This document shows, one piece after another, positions 21,723 to 31,558 of a stretch of DNA of 64,000 bases. The stretch spans positions 8,520-72,519 of the forward strand of contig CANRFJ010000012.1 in the NCBI GenBank assembly GCA_947629865.1, in the 5' to 3' direction. Positions within the stretch are counted from its first letter, which is position 1. Every line of letters begins with the position of its first letter. Source of the stretch: an uncultured Lachnospiraceae bacterium (lineage in GTDB: Bacteria; Bacillota; Clostridia; Lachnospirales; Lachnospiraceae). The position numbers were made by a program, and so were the translations under genes. The notes under the pieces are model-generated. The model worked only from the letters and a program-made list of their open reading frames with translations. It did not search any database and was not told the DNA's origin.

Positions 21723-21807
21723 GTAACAGGCAATCCGGTGACAGGATCTCCCGTCGGGATCTCCTGTCGCTAAATTCTATAACGGAAATCATACGAGGGA
21801 GGACAAA

Positions 21808-22575
21808 ATGACCAGAATTATTATGAGCGGCTGCAACGGAGCCATGGGGAGAACGATTACGGATATTGTGAAGGAAGATGCAGAGGCGTGCATTGTGGCG
21901 GGAATTGATATAGCGGATGCTCCGGAGAAGGATTATCCGGTATTTTCCTCTATCCTTGACTGCGATGCAGAGGCAGATGTGATCATTGATTTTTCCACGC
22001 CGAAGATTCTCCCGGACATTCTGGAGTTCAGCATAAAGAACCGGATGCCGGCCGTGCTGTGCACCACCGGCTACACGGAGGAGCAGCTGGCACAGATTGA
22101 GGCGGCGTCGGAGAAGACGGCCATACTCAAATCGGCGAACATGTCCCTGGGCGTCAATACCCTGATGAAATTAGTGCAGGATGCGGCCAGAGTGCTGGCG
22201 GCGGAGGGGTTTGACGTGGAAATTGTGGAGAAGCACCACAATCAGAAGGCAGACGCCCCTTCCGGAACGGCGCTTGCCTTGGCGGATTCCGTCAATGAGG
22301 CCATGGGGAACCAGTATGAATATATTTACGACCGCTCCCAGAGAAGGGAGAAGCGGGACAAAAAGGAATTAGGTATCTCGGCTGTCCGGGGAGGCACCAT
22401 TGTGGGAGACCATGATGTGATTTTTGCAGGGACTGACGAAGTGGTTACATTTTCCCACAGAGCATACAGCAAGGCTGTATTTGGAAAGGGAGCCGTGTCG
22501 GCAGCCAAATTTTTGAAGGGAAAAACCGCAGGACGCTATGAGATGGCAGACGTTATTGCGGCGAACGGGAGGTAG
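21808..22575 (+). CDS. dapB: 4-hydroxy-tetrahydrodipicolinate reductase
   Basis: GCNGAMG, IDFS, CTTG, ANMSLG, EKHHNQKADAPSGTA, RGGTIVGDH. Confidence 0.97.
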   Translation: MTRIIMSGCNGAMGRTITDIVKEDAEACIVAGIDIADAPEKDYPVFSSILDCDAEADVIIDFSTPKILPDILEFSIKNRMPAVLCTTGYTEEQLAQIEAASEKTAILKSANMSLGVNTLMKLVQDAARVLAAEGFDVEIVEKHHNQKADAPSGTALALADSVNEAMGNQYEYIYDRSQRREKRDKKELGISAVRGGTIVGDHDVIFAGTDEVVTFSHRAYSKAVFGKGAVSAAKFLKGKTAGRYEMADVIAANGR

Positions 22576-22578
22576 TAA

Positions 22579-23985
22579 ATGAAACCAGTTTCAGTAGCAG
22601 AAATCGCCAGGGCGGTGTCCGGCACGCTCGCATGGGGAGACGGCAGCGCCCTCGTCACCAGCGTCGTCACAGACTCCAGGGAGGCAAAAGCAGGGAGTCT
22701 GTTTGTCCCCATTATCGGAGAGAGAGTGGACGCCCATAGGTTTATTCCCGATGTTCTTGGGAGCGGGGCGGCCTGCGTCTTTTCCTCGGATCGTACCATA
22801 CGGCAGGAGGACGGGGCCGGCATCTATGTGGAGGATACGTTACAGGCCCTGCAGACGCTGGCGGCCTGGTACCGCAGTCAGTTTTCCCTACCGGTCATAG
22901 GCATTACGGGCAGCGTGGGCAAGACTACCACCAAAGAGATGATCGGCGCTGTGCTGGAACAGAAGTACCGGACAGTGAAGACCATTAAAAATCTAAACAG
23001 TCAGATTGGCGTGGCCCTGATGCAGTTTCAGCTGAATGAGGACACGGAGATAGCCGTATTTGAAATGGGAATCAGTATGCCGGGCGAGATGGATCGGCTG
23101 GTCGCCATGGCAAGGCCGAACTGCGCGGTGCTGACAAATGTGGGGGTATCCCACATCGGAAACCTTGGTTCCAGGGAAAACATCTGCGCGGAAAAGGGAA
23201 AGATAATCACGGGTTTTGAGAAAGAGGGAAACCTGTATGTGTGCGGCAACGGAGACTTAAAGGAACTGTCGGGGGAAAATATTCCCTATGAGCGGTGTCC
23301 GGCACACTGCGAGACATACTTTTACGGGACAGAGACGGGATGCCTGTACTACGGGGACGATATACAGACCGGAGAGCAGGGACAGAGTTTTCTCTTTCAC
23401 TATCCGGACGGGGAAAAGCGAATTGAACTGTCCGTCATGGGAATCCATAACGTCAACAACGCCATTGTGGCGCTGGCGCTGGCGCTCGCTTATCAGGTGC
23501 CGTTGTCCGACGCCGCCCGTGCCCTGAAGGAGTACCGCCCCATTGATATGCGGGGCGTGGTAAAGGAGAAGGACGGCGTACACATTATCGACGACACCTA
23601 CAACGCAAGCCCCGATTCCATCAACAGCAATCTGGACGCCCTGTTTGACTATGGCGGAAAGGACTGCCGCCGGATCGCGGTGCTGGCAGATGTGCTGGAA
23701 CTGGGAGAGCGCTCGAAGGAACTCCATGAGGGCATCGGAAAGTTTATCCTGCGGGAGGGCGAGAAGGGGAAAAAACTCTCCTTCCTTGTGACGGTGGGAA
23801 CCGGAGCCGGCTATATCGGCGACTATGTGGTGGAGCACTCGGATATTCCGGCCCGCCACTGCCGGGACAATGAAGAAGCCGTGGCCGTGGTGAGGGAGTA
23901 CATGCAGAGCGGGGACTGGATTCTGGTGAAGGGCTCCCGCGGAATGAAGATGGACGAAGTGGTAGAACGCCTGATAAAGGGGTGA
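22579..23985 (+). CDS. murF: UDP-MurNAc-tripeptide--D-Ala-D-Ala ligase
   Basis: DSR, GITGSVGKTTTKE, FEMG, DDTYNASPDS, VKGSRGMKM. Confidence 0.93.
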   Translation: MKPVSVAEIARAVSGTLAWGDGSALVTSVVTDSREAKAGSLFVPIIGERVDAHRFIPDVLGSGAACVFSSDRTIRQEDGAGIYVEDTLQALQTLAAWYRSQFSLPVIGITGSVGKTTTKEMIGAVLEQKYRTVKTIKNLNSQIGVALMQFQLNEDTEIAVFEMGISMPGEMDRLVAMARPNCAVLTNVGVSHIGNLGSRENICAEKGKIITGFEKEGNLYVCGNGDLKELSGENIPYERCPAHCETYFYGTETGCLYYGDDIQTGEQGQSFLFHYPDGEKRIELSVMGIHNVNNAIVALALALAYQVPLSDAARALKEYRPIDMRGVVKEKDGVHIIDDTYNASPDSINSNLDALFDYGGKDCRRIAVLADVLELGERSKELHEGIGKFILREGEKGKKLSFLVTVGTGAGYIGDYVVEHSDIPARHCRDNEEAVAVVREYMQSGDWILVKGSRGMKMDEVVERLIKG

Positions 23986-23989
23986 AAGC

Positions 23990-26230
23990 GTGTTTGCAGA
24001 TGTGATTGTGGATATTTCGGCAGAGGCACTGGACAGGACGTTCCAGTACCGGGTGCCGGAGGAGTTTGCAGACCGGATTTTTGTGGGAAGCCGGGTGGCG
24101 ATCCCATTTGGCCGGGGCAACCGGCGGATATCCGGCTTTGTCGTGGGGCTCACCGACACTCCCAGGTGGCCGGAGGATAAAATAAAGAATCTCTTTGCTC
24201 CGGAGGAAAAAGAGGTTCCCATAGAGGGGCAGCTTTTGCAGCTGGCGGCCTGGATCCGCGAGCGCTATGGCGGCACGATGAACGAGGCCCTCAAAACGGT
24301 ATTGCCGATAAAAAAACAGGTTAAGTCAGTGGAAGAACGCTGGCTTAATTTAATAATTTCTAAAGAGGAGGCAGAGCGGGAGTATAACCGGTGCGTACTC
24401 CGCCACTACAGGGCGAGGGCGAGGCTGCTGCATGGAATGCTCACGGAGAAGGATGGAATGACAACGCAGCTGGCGGCCAAAAAGTACGGGGTGGGCAAAC
24501 CGGTCATAGACAGCCTGGCAAAGGCGGGGATTCTGTCTGTCAGCGCCAGACGCCGCTACCGCAATCCTGTGCCGCCGCCGTCGCCGGAGGGGACGCCGGA
24601 GGTGGTGCTCAATTCTGAGCAGCGGGCAGTGGCGGAGGATTTTGCCGGAGAATATCAGAGGGGAATCCGGCGCACCTACCTTCTCTATGGGGTAACGGGG
24701 AGCGGAAAAACCCAGGTGTATATGGAGATGATACAGCAGGCGCTCTCCATGGGAAAGCAGGTCATCGTGCTGATTCCGGAGATTGCCCTGACTGCCCAGA
24801 CTGTGCGGCGCTTCCAGAACCGCTTTGGAGACCGGGTATCCATTCTTAACTCGCGTATGTCGGACGGCGAGCGATATGACCAGTATGAGCGCGCGAAGAA
24901 GGGGGAAGTGGATATTGTGGTCGGCCCCCGCTCAGCCCTCTTTATCCCTTTTGAGAGGCTGGGGCTGATCATTCTCGACGAAGAACATGAGGCGAGTTAC
25001 AAGAGCGAGAACCCACCCAAATACCATGCGAGGGAGACCGCGATCCGACGGGCGCAGATGGCGGGCGCCAGCGTGGTGCTCGGCTCGGCTACACCCTCTG
25101 TGGAATCCTACCAGGCGGCAAAGGAGGGGCGGTTCCGTCTGTATCATCTGACGAAGCGGGCGGGAGGCGCCTCGTTTCCCACTGTTTCCGTGGTGGATTT
25201 GCGGGAGGAGTTAAAGGCGGGCAACCGTTCGGTGTTCAGCCGCCTCCTGCAGGAAAAAATCCGCGACAGGCTGGACAGGGGGGAGCAGACCATGCTGTTT
25301 TTGAACCGCAGGGGCTATGCGGGCTTTGTTTCTTGCCGAAGCTGCGGTTATGTGTTAAAATGTAGTCACTGCGAGGTGTCTATGACGGCGCACAAAAACC
25401 ATGTGGGTGATGTGGACACATTACAGTGCCATTACTGTGGACACGCCCAGGCGATGCCGAAGATATGTCCGGAGTGCGGTTCACCGTATATTGCGGCGTT
25501 TGGACTGGGTACCCAGAAGGTTGAGGATATGCTGCGCCGACAGTTTCCCAAAGCCAGAATTCTCCGTATGGACGGGGACACCACGGCCGGCAAGCACGGG
25601 CACGAAAATGTGCTGGCGCCTTTCCGCCGGGGCGAGGCGGATATCCTGCTGGGGACGCAGATGATCGTAAAGGGGCATGACTTTCCCAATGTCACGCTGG
25701 CGGCCGCTTTAGCGGCCGATCTGGGCATGTATGCGGGGGACTACCGGAGCAGCGAGAGAACCTTTGAACTTCTCATGCAGGCAAGCGGCAGAGCTGGAAG
25801 GGGAGAAAAACGGGGCGAGATGGTCATTCAGACATACAATCCGGAGCAGTATTGTATTGAGGCCGTTGCCAGACAGCAGGCGGAAATTTTCTATGAAAAT
25901 GAACTCTCTTACCGGCGCATGGCTTCCTATCCGCCCTATGTGGCGATGATGGCGGTGCTGGTTCTGTCGGAAGAAAAGGAGCGGGCGGCCCATTTCATTC
26001 AGACGCTGGCCGGAGCGGTCGGAGACAGGGAGGATGTGCGGATCGTGGGGCCGTCGGAGGCGGGACTGAGTCGCGCCAGAGACCGCTACCGGTATGTGAT
26101 GTATGTAAAGTGTCGGGAGGAGACGATCCTGTCGGCCGTAAAAAGTGAACTGGAAAGGATTAGCCGGGACGGAAAATGGGAAAAATACTGTAGTGTCCAG
26201 TACGACGTAGATCCCGTGTCCGGTTACTAG
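23990..26230 (+). CDS. priA: Primosomal protein N'
   Basis: GVTGSGKT, VLIPEIALT, DEEHE, LNRRG, four CxxC motifs, GTQMIVKG. Confidence 0.96.
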   Translation: MFADVIVDISAEALDRTFQYRVPEEFADRIFVGSRVAIPFGRGNRRISGFVVGLTDTPRWPEDKIKNLFAPEEKEVPIEGQLLQLAAWIRERYGGTMNEALKTVLPIKKQVKSVEERWLNLIISKEEAEREYNRCVLRHYRARARLLHGMLTEKDGMTTQLAAKKYGVGKPVIDSLAKAGILSVSARRRYRNPVPPPSPEGTPEVVLNSEQRAVAEDFAGEYQRGIRRTYLLYGVTGSGKTQVYMEMIQQALSMGKQVIVLIPEIALTAQTVRRFQNRFGDRVSILNSRMSDGERYDQYERAKKGEVDIVVGPRSALFIPFERLGLIILDEEHEASYKSENPPKYHARETAIRRAQMAGASVVLGSATPSVESYQAAKEGRFRLYHLTKRAGGASFPTVSVVDLREELKAGNRSVFSRLLQEKIRDRLDRGEQTMLFLNRRGYAGFVSCRSCGYVLKCSHCEVSMTAHKNHVGDVDTLQCHYCGHAQAMPKICPECGSPYIAAFGLGTQKVEDMLRRQFPKARILRMDGDTTAGKHGHENVLAPFRRGEADILLGTQMIVKGHDFPNVTLAAALAADLGMYAGDYRSSERTFELLMQASGRAGRGEKRGEMVIQTYNPEQYCIEAVARQQAEIFYENELSYRRMASYPPYVAMMAVLVLSEEKERAAHFIQTLAGAVGDREDVRIVGPSEAGLSRARDRYRYVMYVKCREETILSAVKSELERISRDGKWEKYCSVQYDVDPVSGY

Positions 26231-26270
26231 ATAAAAACCGTGCAGCTGACTGCACAGAAATGAGGGAATT

Positions 26271-26756
26271 ATGGCAATACGAAATATCCGCGTGATGGGA
26301 GATGAGATTCTCACCAAAAAATGCAAGACGGTAAAGGAAATGACGGAGAAAAACAGGGAATTGATTCAGGATATGTTTGATACCATGTACGAGGCGGACG
26401 GCGTGGGACTGGCGGCCCCCCAGGTGGGGATATTAAAGCGCATCGCCGTCGTGGATATCACCGAGGACAAGAGCTGTCCGGTTGTGCTCATAAATCCTGA
26501 GATCCTATCGACGGAGGGCGAGCAGAGGGGCAGCGAGGGCTGTCTCTCCGTGCCGGACAAGGTGGGCATTGTGACTAGGCCCAATAAGGTAAAGGTAAAG
26601 GCTCTGGACATAGATATGAATCCCGTAGAGATCGAGGGAGAGGAATTGTTTGCCAGGGCGCTGATACATGAGATCGAGCATTTGGACGGCCAGTTGTATG
26701 TGGATAAGATCGAGGGCCGCCTCTATGATGTAGATGAGTTTCAGGAAGAAGATTGA
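26271..26756 (+). CDS. def: Peptide deformylase
   Basis: GVGLAAPQVG, EGCLS, HEIEHLDG. Confidence 0.97.
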   Translation: MAIRNIRVMGDEILTKKCKTVKEMTEKNRELIQDMFDTMYEADGVGLAAPQVGILKRIAVVDITEDKSCPVVLINPEILSTEGEQRGSEGCLSVPDKVGIVTRPNKVKVKALDIDMNPVEIEGEELFARALIHEIEHLDGQLYVDKIEGRLYDVDEFQEED

Positions 26757-26782
26757 GGACGGCGGAGCAAGGGGGAAATGCG

Positions 26783-27718
26783 ATGAATGTGATTTTTATG
26801 GGGACGCCGGACTTTGCGGTGCCGGCGCTGCAGGGGCTTTTGCAGTCGGAAAAGCACAGGGTGACGGCGGTGGTGACGCAGCCGGACAAGGCCAGAGGCC
26901 GGAGCGGGAAACTTACCTTTACCCCTGTCAAAGAGGCGGCAGCGGCGGCCGGAATTCCGGTGTATACTCCGAAAAGGGTAAAGGATCCGGAGTTTGTGGA
27001 GGCTCTGCGGGAAATTCCCTGTGATGTGATTGCAGTGGCGGCTTTTGGACAGATCCTGCCTCCGGAGATACTGGAATTTCCCCGATATGGATGCATCAAT
27101 GTCCACGCCTCCCTGCTTCCCAGATGGAGGGGGGCGGCTCCGATCCAGTGGGCGATTCTGGAGGGGGATAAAAAGACCGGAATCACTACCATGCAGATGG
27201 ACGCCGGATTGGATACCGGTGATATGCTGCTGCAAAGAGAGGTGGAGATAGCGCCGGACGAGACCGGAGAGAGCCTTCATGACAAACTGGCGGAAATGGG
27301 GAGCGATTTGCTGCTGGAGACGCTTGAACTGGCAGAGCAGGGCGCGCTGCGGCCCGTTCCCCAGAGAGAGGAAGACAGCACCTATGCGAAAATGCTGACG
27401 AGGGATTTGGGACGGCTGGATTTTTCCTGGGAGGCGGAAAAAATCGAGCGCTATATCCGCGGCTTAAATTCATGGCCCAGCGCCTTTACCGCTCTGAGAG
27501 GGCGCACGCTGAAACTCTGGCGAGCCGAGGTGACAGACACAGAGACCGGAGAGGAGCCGGGCACGGTGGTGTCCGTTGAAAAAGACGGTTTTACCGTTCA
27601 GACGGGAAAGGGCTGCCTGATAATCCGCGAGCTCCAGCTGGAGGGCAAAAAGAGAATGAGCGCCGCAGATTTCCTGCGCGGCATAAAATTAGAAAAGGGT
27701 GATATGTTATGTATTTAG
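26783..27718 (+). CDS. fmt: Methionyl-tRNA formyltransferase
   Basis: FMGTPDF, VVTQPD, INVHASLLP, GLDTGD. Confidence 0.97.
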   Translation: MNVIFMGTPDFAVPALQGLLQSEKHRVTAVVTQPDKARGRSGKLTFTPVKEAAAAAGIPVYTPKRVKDPEFVEALREIPCDVIAVAAFGQILPPEILEFPRYGCINVHASLLPRWRGAAPIQWAILEGDKKTGITTMQMDAGLDTGDMLLQREVEIAPDETGESLHDKLAEMGSDLLLETLELAEQGALRPVPQREEDSTYAKMLTRDLGRLDFSWEAEKIERYIRGLNSWPSAFTALRGRTLKLWRAEVTDTETGEEPGTVVSVEKDGFTVQTGKGCLIIRELQLEGKKRMSAADFLRGIKLEKGDMLCI

Positions 27719-28428
27719 GCGGTTATGGCTATAATCCATATATGATATGGGATCCGACGTATATACTGATAATCATTGGCGTCGCGCTGTCACTGATAGC
27801 TTCGGCGGGAGTCCGCAGGACTTTCTCCCGCTACAGCACGGTGAGGAGCGCGAGCGGAATTACCGGAGAGGAGACGGCGCGGAGGATTCTCTCCTATGCG
27901 GGGATTACGGATGTGAAAATCCAACATGTATCCGGTCAGTTAAACGACCATTACAATCCGAAGACAAAGGTAGTGAACCTGTCGGACGTGGTATATGGGA
28001 GCAACTCCCTCGCGGCGGTGGCGGTGGCCGCCCATGAGTGCGGCCATGTGATCCAGCATGACAGGGGATATGTGCCGCTGTCCCTGCGGACGGCGCTGGT
28101 TCCGGTGGCGAATTTTGGATCCGGCATATCCTGGTTTGTGATCCTAGCCGGTATCCTGTTCAGTATACCGCCGTTAATCACCGCGGGGATAGTGCTTTTC
28201 AGCCTGGCTGTGCTGTTCCAGATCGTGACGCTTCCCGTGGAATTTAACGCCTCCCGGCGGGCGCTCGGAATCCTTCAGGACACGGGGATTCTGGGAAATG
28301 ACGAGGGGCGGGGCGCCCGGCGGGTTCTTCGGGCAGCAGCCCTCACTTATGTGGCAGCGGCAGCGGCCTCTATCCTGCAGCTGCTCCGGCTGATACTGCT
28401 TTTTGGAAGGAATCGGGACGACAGATGA
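27709..28428 (+). CDS. YugP-like membrane zinc metallopeptidase
   Basis: DHYNP, AAHECGH (HExxH), TLPVEFNASRRA, AAALTYVA. Confidence 0.9.
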   Translation: MYLGGYGYNPYMIWDPTYILIIIGVALSLIASAGVRRTFSRYSTVRSASGITGEETARRILSYAGITDVKIQHVSGQLNDHYNPKTKVVNLSDVVYGSNSLAAVAVAAHECGHVIQHDRGYVPLSLRTALVPVANFGSGISWFVILAGILFSIPPLITAGIVLFSLAVLFQIVTLPVEFNASRRALGILQDTGILGNDEGRGARRVLRAAALTYVAAAAASILQLLRLILLFGRNRDDR

Positions 28429-29735
28429 GAAACCTGGCCTATGATATTGTATATGGGACGATGGAACAGGGAGGCCACAGCGACGCGCTGTTTCACGATA
28501 TACTGAGCCGAGAGAAAACATTGTCCTCCAGGCAGAAAAATTTTCTGAAACGCCTGGCCTGTGGAACCATTGAGCGCTGTATTGAAATGGATTTCATTCT
28601 GGATCAGTTTGCCAGCGTTCCGGTGAAAAAGATGGATCCGGCCGTGCGGACTGTGCTCCGCATGGCTCTCTATGAAATCCGTTATATGGAGCAGGTGCCG
28701 GATGCGGCGGCCTGCAATGAGGCGGTAGAGTTGATCAGGAAAAAAGGCGGGGCGCGCTATTCCGGATTTGTCAACGGACTGCTCCGCAACATCATAAGAA
28801 AACAGGCGGAGATCCGGATAGAGGAGGACTGTGTGAGATATTCCCTGCCCCGGCCGCTGATGGAAGAACTCTCCGGCCGGTACGGGAAAAAGACGGCCGG
28901 CAGAATAGGAGAAGCTTTTTTGTCCCGCAGCGGCGAGATTACCCTTCATGTAAACACAGCCAGAATATCTGTGGAGGAGTACCGGGACAGGCTGACAGAG
29001 GCAGGCGTCTCTGTCCGGCCGGGCGAATACATAGACGAGGCCCTGATCGCAAGGGGCGTCTCCGACGTAGCCTCCCTGTACGGTTATAAAGAGGGACTGT
29101 TTTTTGTGCAGGATGAGAGTTCCATGCTTCCGGTGTGTTGCGGGGATATCCGGCCGGGACAGCTTGTGATAGATGTGTGCGGCGCGCCGGGCGGCAAGGC
29201 GCTCCATGCCCTCATGAGACTGGGGGGAAGGGGACGAATCATCGTCCGGGACATATATGAGCACAAAGTGGCCCGCATACGGGACAATATAGAGCGGCTG
29301 CAATTTGAAAATGCGGAGTGCCGGGTGTGGGATGCACAGAGGGAGGATAAGAGCCTGGAGGCGAAAGCCGATGTGGTGCTGGCGGACGTTCCCTGCTCCG
29401 GAATCGGAATTATTGGAAGAAAGCCGGAGATCAAATACCGCGCACTGTCCCAGATCGACGAACTGGTGCCCATACAGCGGCAAATCTGTCGGGCCTCAGT
29501 CAGAATGTTGAAGCCGGGGGGCGTATTTATCTACAGCACCTGCACAATCAGCGAGAGGGAAAATGAGCAGAATGTGGACTGGCTCGAAAAAAATCTTGGC
29601 CTTCGCAGGGACAGCTTAAATCCTTTCCTGCCGGAGGCGCTCCGCAACCGGCTGACGGAACAGGGAATGTTGCAAATGCTTCCGGGAATCCAGAAAAGCG
29701 ACGGCTTTTTTGTGGCGAGGCTGATAAAGGAATGA
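28425..29735 (+). CDS. rsmB: 16S rRNA m5C967 methyltransferase
   Basis: NusB-like N-terminus; VQDESS, DVCGAPGGK, DVPCSG, YSTCT. Confidence 0.93.
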   Translation: MRNLAYDIVYGTMEQGGHSDALFHDILSREKTLSSRQKNFLKRLACGTIERCIEMDFILDQFASVPVKKMDPAVRTVLRMALYEIRYMEQVPDAAACNEAVELIRKKGGARYSGFVNGLLRNIIRKQAEIRIEEDCVRYSLPRPLMEELSGRYGKKTAGRIGEAFLSRSGEITLHVNTARISVEEYRDRLTEAGVSVRPGEYIDEALIARGVSDVASLYGYKEGLFFVQDESSMLPVCCGDIRPGQLVIDVCGAPGGKALHALMRLGGRGRIIVRDIYEHKVARIRDNIERLQFENAECRVWDAQREDKSLEAKADVVLADVPCSGIGIIGRKPEIKYRALSQIDELVPIQRQICRASVRMLKPGGVFIYSTCTISERENEQNVDWLEKNLGLRRDSLNPFLPEALRNRLTEQGMLQMLPGIQKSDGFFVARLIKE

Positions 29736-30826
29736 GTGAGATGGATAAGGGCAAAAAGGCATTATCAAAACAGAGTCTGCGCGATTACAGCAGGGAGGAA
29801 CTCATCGGGCTTATGTCGGAGATGGGAGAGAAACCGTTTCGGGGCAGACAGCTCTTTGAGTGGATCCATGGAAGGCAGGCGGGCGGCTTTGAGGAGATGA
29901 CAAATCTCTCCCTCGCTCTCCGTGACAGACTGGAGGAGAGGTTTTCTGTGGCCGGCGTCACGGTGGAGGAAAAGCAGGTGTCGGCAGCGGGGGACACGGC
30001 GAAATATTTGTTTTCCCTGCCGGATGGGCATGTCATTGAGAGCGTGTGGATGAAATACCGCCACGGCAACAGCGTGTGCATTTCTTCCCAGGCCGGCTGC
30101 CGAATGGGCTGTCAATTCTGCGCATCGACACTGACGGGCCTGGAGAGAAACCTGACGGCGGGGGAAATGCTTTCCCAGGTGTATGAGATTCAGAAGGAGA
30201 CCGGCGAGAGGGTATCCAATGTCATTGTCATGGGAATGGGAGAGCCGTTGGACAACTATGATAATCTGGTGAAGTTTATCCGTATTCTCTCAGATGAGAA
30301 GGGACTTGGCATGAGCCAGCGAAGCATCACCGTATCCACCTGCGGGCTGACGGAGCAGATGCGGCGGCTGATGAAGGAACGCCTGCCGATTACACTGGCG
30401 GTTAGCCTTCATGCGCCGAACGACGAAATCAGGCGGAAAATCATGCCCGTGGCGAAAAAATATCCGATTGAAGATATATTTCAGGCCTGCCGCGAATATT
30501 TTGAAGCAACGGGACGGAGGATTACGTTCGAGTACAGTATGATCCGGGGCGTCAACGACCGGACGGAACACGCGAGGGAACTGGCGGAGCGCTGTAAGGG
30601 CCTCAACTGCCACATCAATCTCATCCCGCTCAACGAGGTGAAGGAGCGGGACTGCCTGCGATCAAGGGCTCCGGATATTGAGGATTTCAAATTGGTACTT
30701 GAAAAATATGGGAGAAATGTTACTATAAGAAGAGAGATGGGGAGCGATATAGACGCTGCCTGCGGCCAGTTGAGAAGAAAATTTCTGAACCGGGCCGGTA
30801 AAAAACCAGAGGAGGTCAAACTGTGA
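29732..30826 (+). CDS. rlmN: 23S rRNA m2A2503 methyltransferase (radical SAM)
   Basis: CISSQAGCRMGCQFCAS, MGMGEP, SLHA, DIDAACGQL. Confidence 0.96.
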   Translation: MSEMDKGKKALSKQSLRDYSREELIGLMSEMGEKPFRGRQLFEWIHGRQAGGFEEMTNLSLALRDRLEERFSVAGVTVEEKQVSAAGDTAKYLFSLPDGHVIESVWMKYRHGNSVCISSQAGCRMGCQFCASTLTGLERNLTAGEMLSQVYEIQKETGERVSNVIVMGMGEPLDNYDNLVKFIRILSDEKGLGMSQRSITVSTCGLTEQMRRLMKERLPITLAVSLHAPNDEIRRKIMPVAKKYPIEDIFQACREYFEATGRRITFEYSMIRGVNDRTEHARELAERCKGLNCHINLIPLNEVKERDCLRSRAPDIEDFKLVLEKYGRNVTIRREMGSDIDAACGQLRRKFLNRAGKKPEEVKL

Positions 30827-31545
30827 ATACATTTTCTATAACAGATACGGGACGTGTACGAAACAGCAATCAGGATTATGTGTTTTGTGAAGAAAATGCA
30901 GTTGGAAGTTTCCCGAATCTGTTTCTTGTGGCAGATGGTATGGGCGGCCACCAGGCCGGCGACATGGCTTCACGGATCTGCGTGGAGGAGATGGTACGGC
31001 AGATTCAGGCCACAGACCGGAAGACGCCGGTCAGCGTGTTGGAACAGGCGGTCTCTGCCGCCAACCAGAAAATATACCAGACAGCCACGCAGGATAAAGC
31101 ACTGGAGGGTATGGGTACCACTCTGGTGGGGACAGTGATTGAGGGGGATACCGCATATATTGTCAATATCGGGGACTCGCGCCTGTATCAGCTGAGGGAT
31201 TCACTCCGGCAGATTACGGTGGATCACTCCCTTGTAGAGGAGATGGTGCAGTCGGGTGAGATTCAGAAGAACGAAATGCGGACGCATCCCAATAAGAATA
31301 TTATAACGCGCGCCCTTGGTACGGACACCTCGGTTCGTCCGGACTGCTTCGAGATTGAAGTGCAGGAAGGGGACGTGCTTTTGTTGTGTTCGGACGGCCT
31401 GTCCAATATGCTGGAGGACAATCAGATAGAGAACATAGTGCGGGCGAATGGAGAAAACCTGAGACAGGCGGGGGAATGTCTGGTAAAGCAGGCGAATGAT
31501 GCCGGTGGAAAAGACAACATCAGCGTAATTCTGATTCGACTGTAA
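30823..31545 (+). CDS. stp: Stp1/PrpC PP2C-type Ser/Thr phosphatase
   Basis: VADGMGGH, GMGTT, NIGDSR, LCSDGL, GGKDN. Confidence 0.95.
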   Translation: MNTFSITDTGRVRNSNQDYVFCEENAVGSFPNLFLVADGMGGHQAGDMASRICVEEMVRQIQATDRKTPVSVLEQAVSAANQKIYQTATQDKALEGMGTTLVGTVIEGDTAYIVNIGDSRLYQLRDSLRQITVDHSLVEEMVQSGEIQKNEMRTHPNKNIITRALGTDTSVRPDCFEIEVQEGDVLLLCSDGLSNMLEDNQIENIVRANGENLRQAGECLVKQANDAGGKDNISVILIRL

Positions 31546-31558
31546 AGGAGTGAGATGA

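Noticed and set aside
21740-21768. Hairpin between dapA and dapB as a terminator
   Set aside because: No U tract follows; at most an mRNA-stabilising structure.
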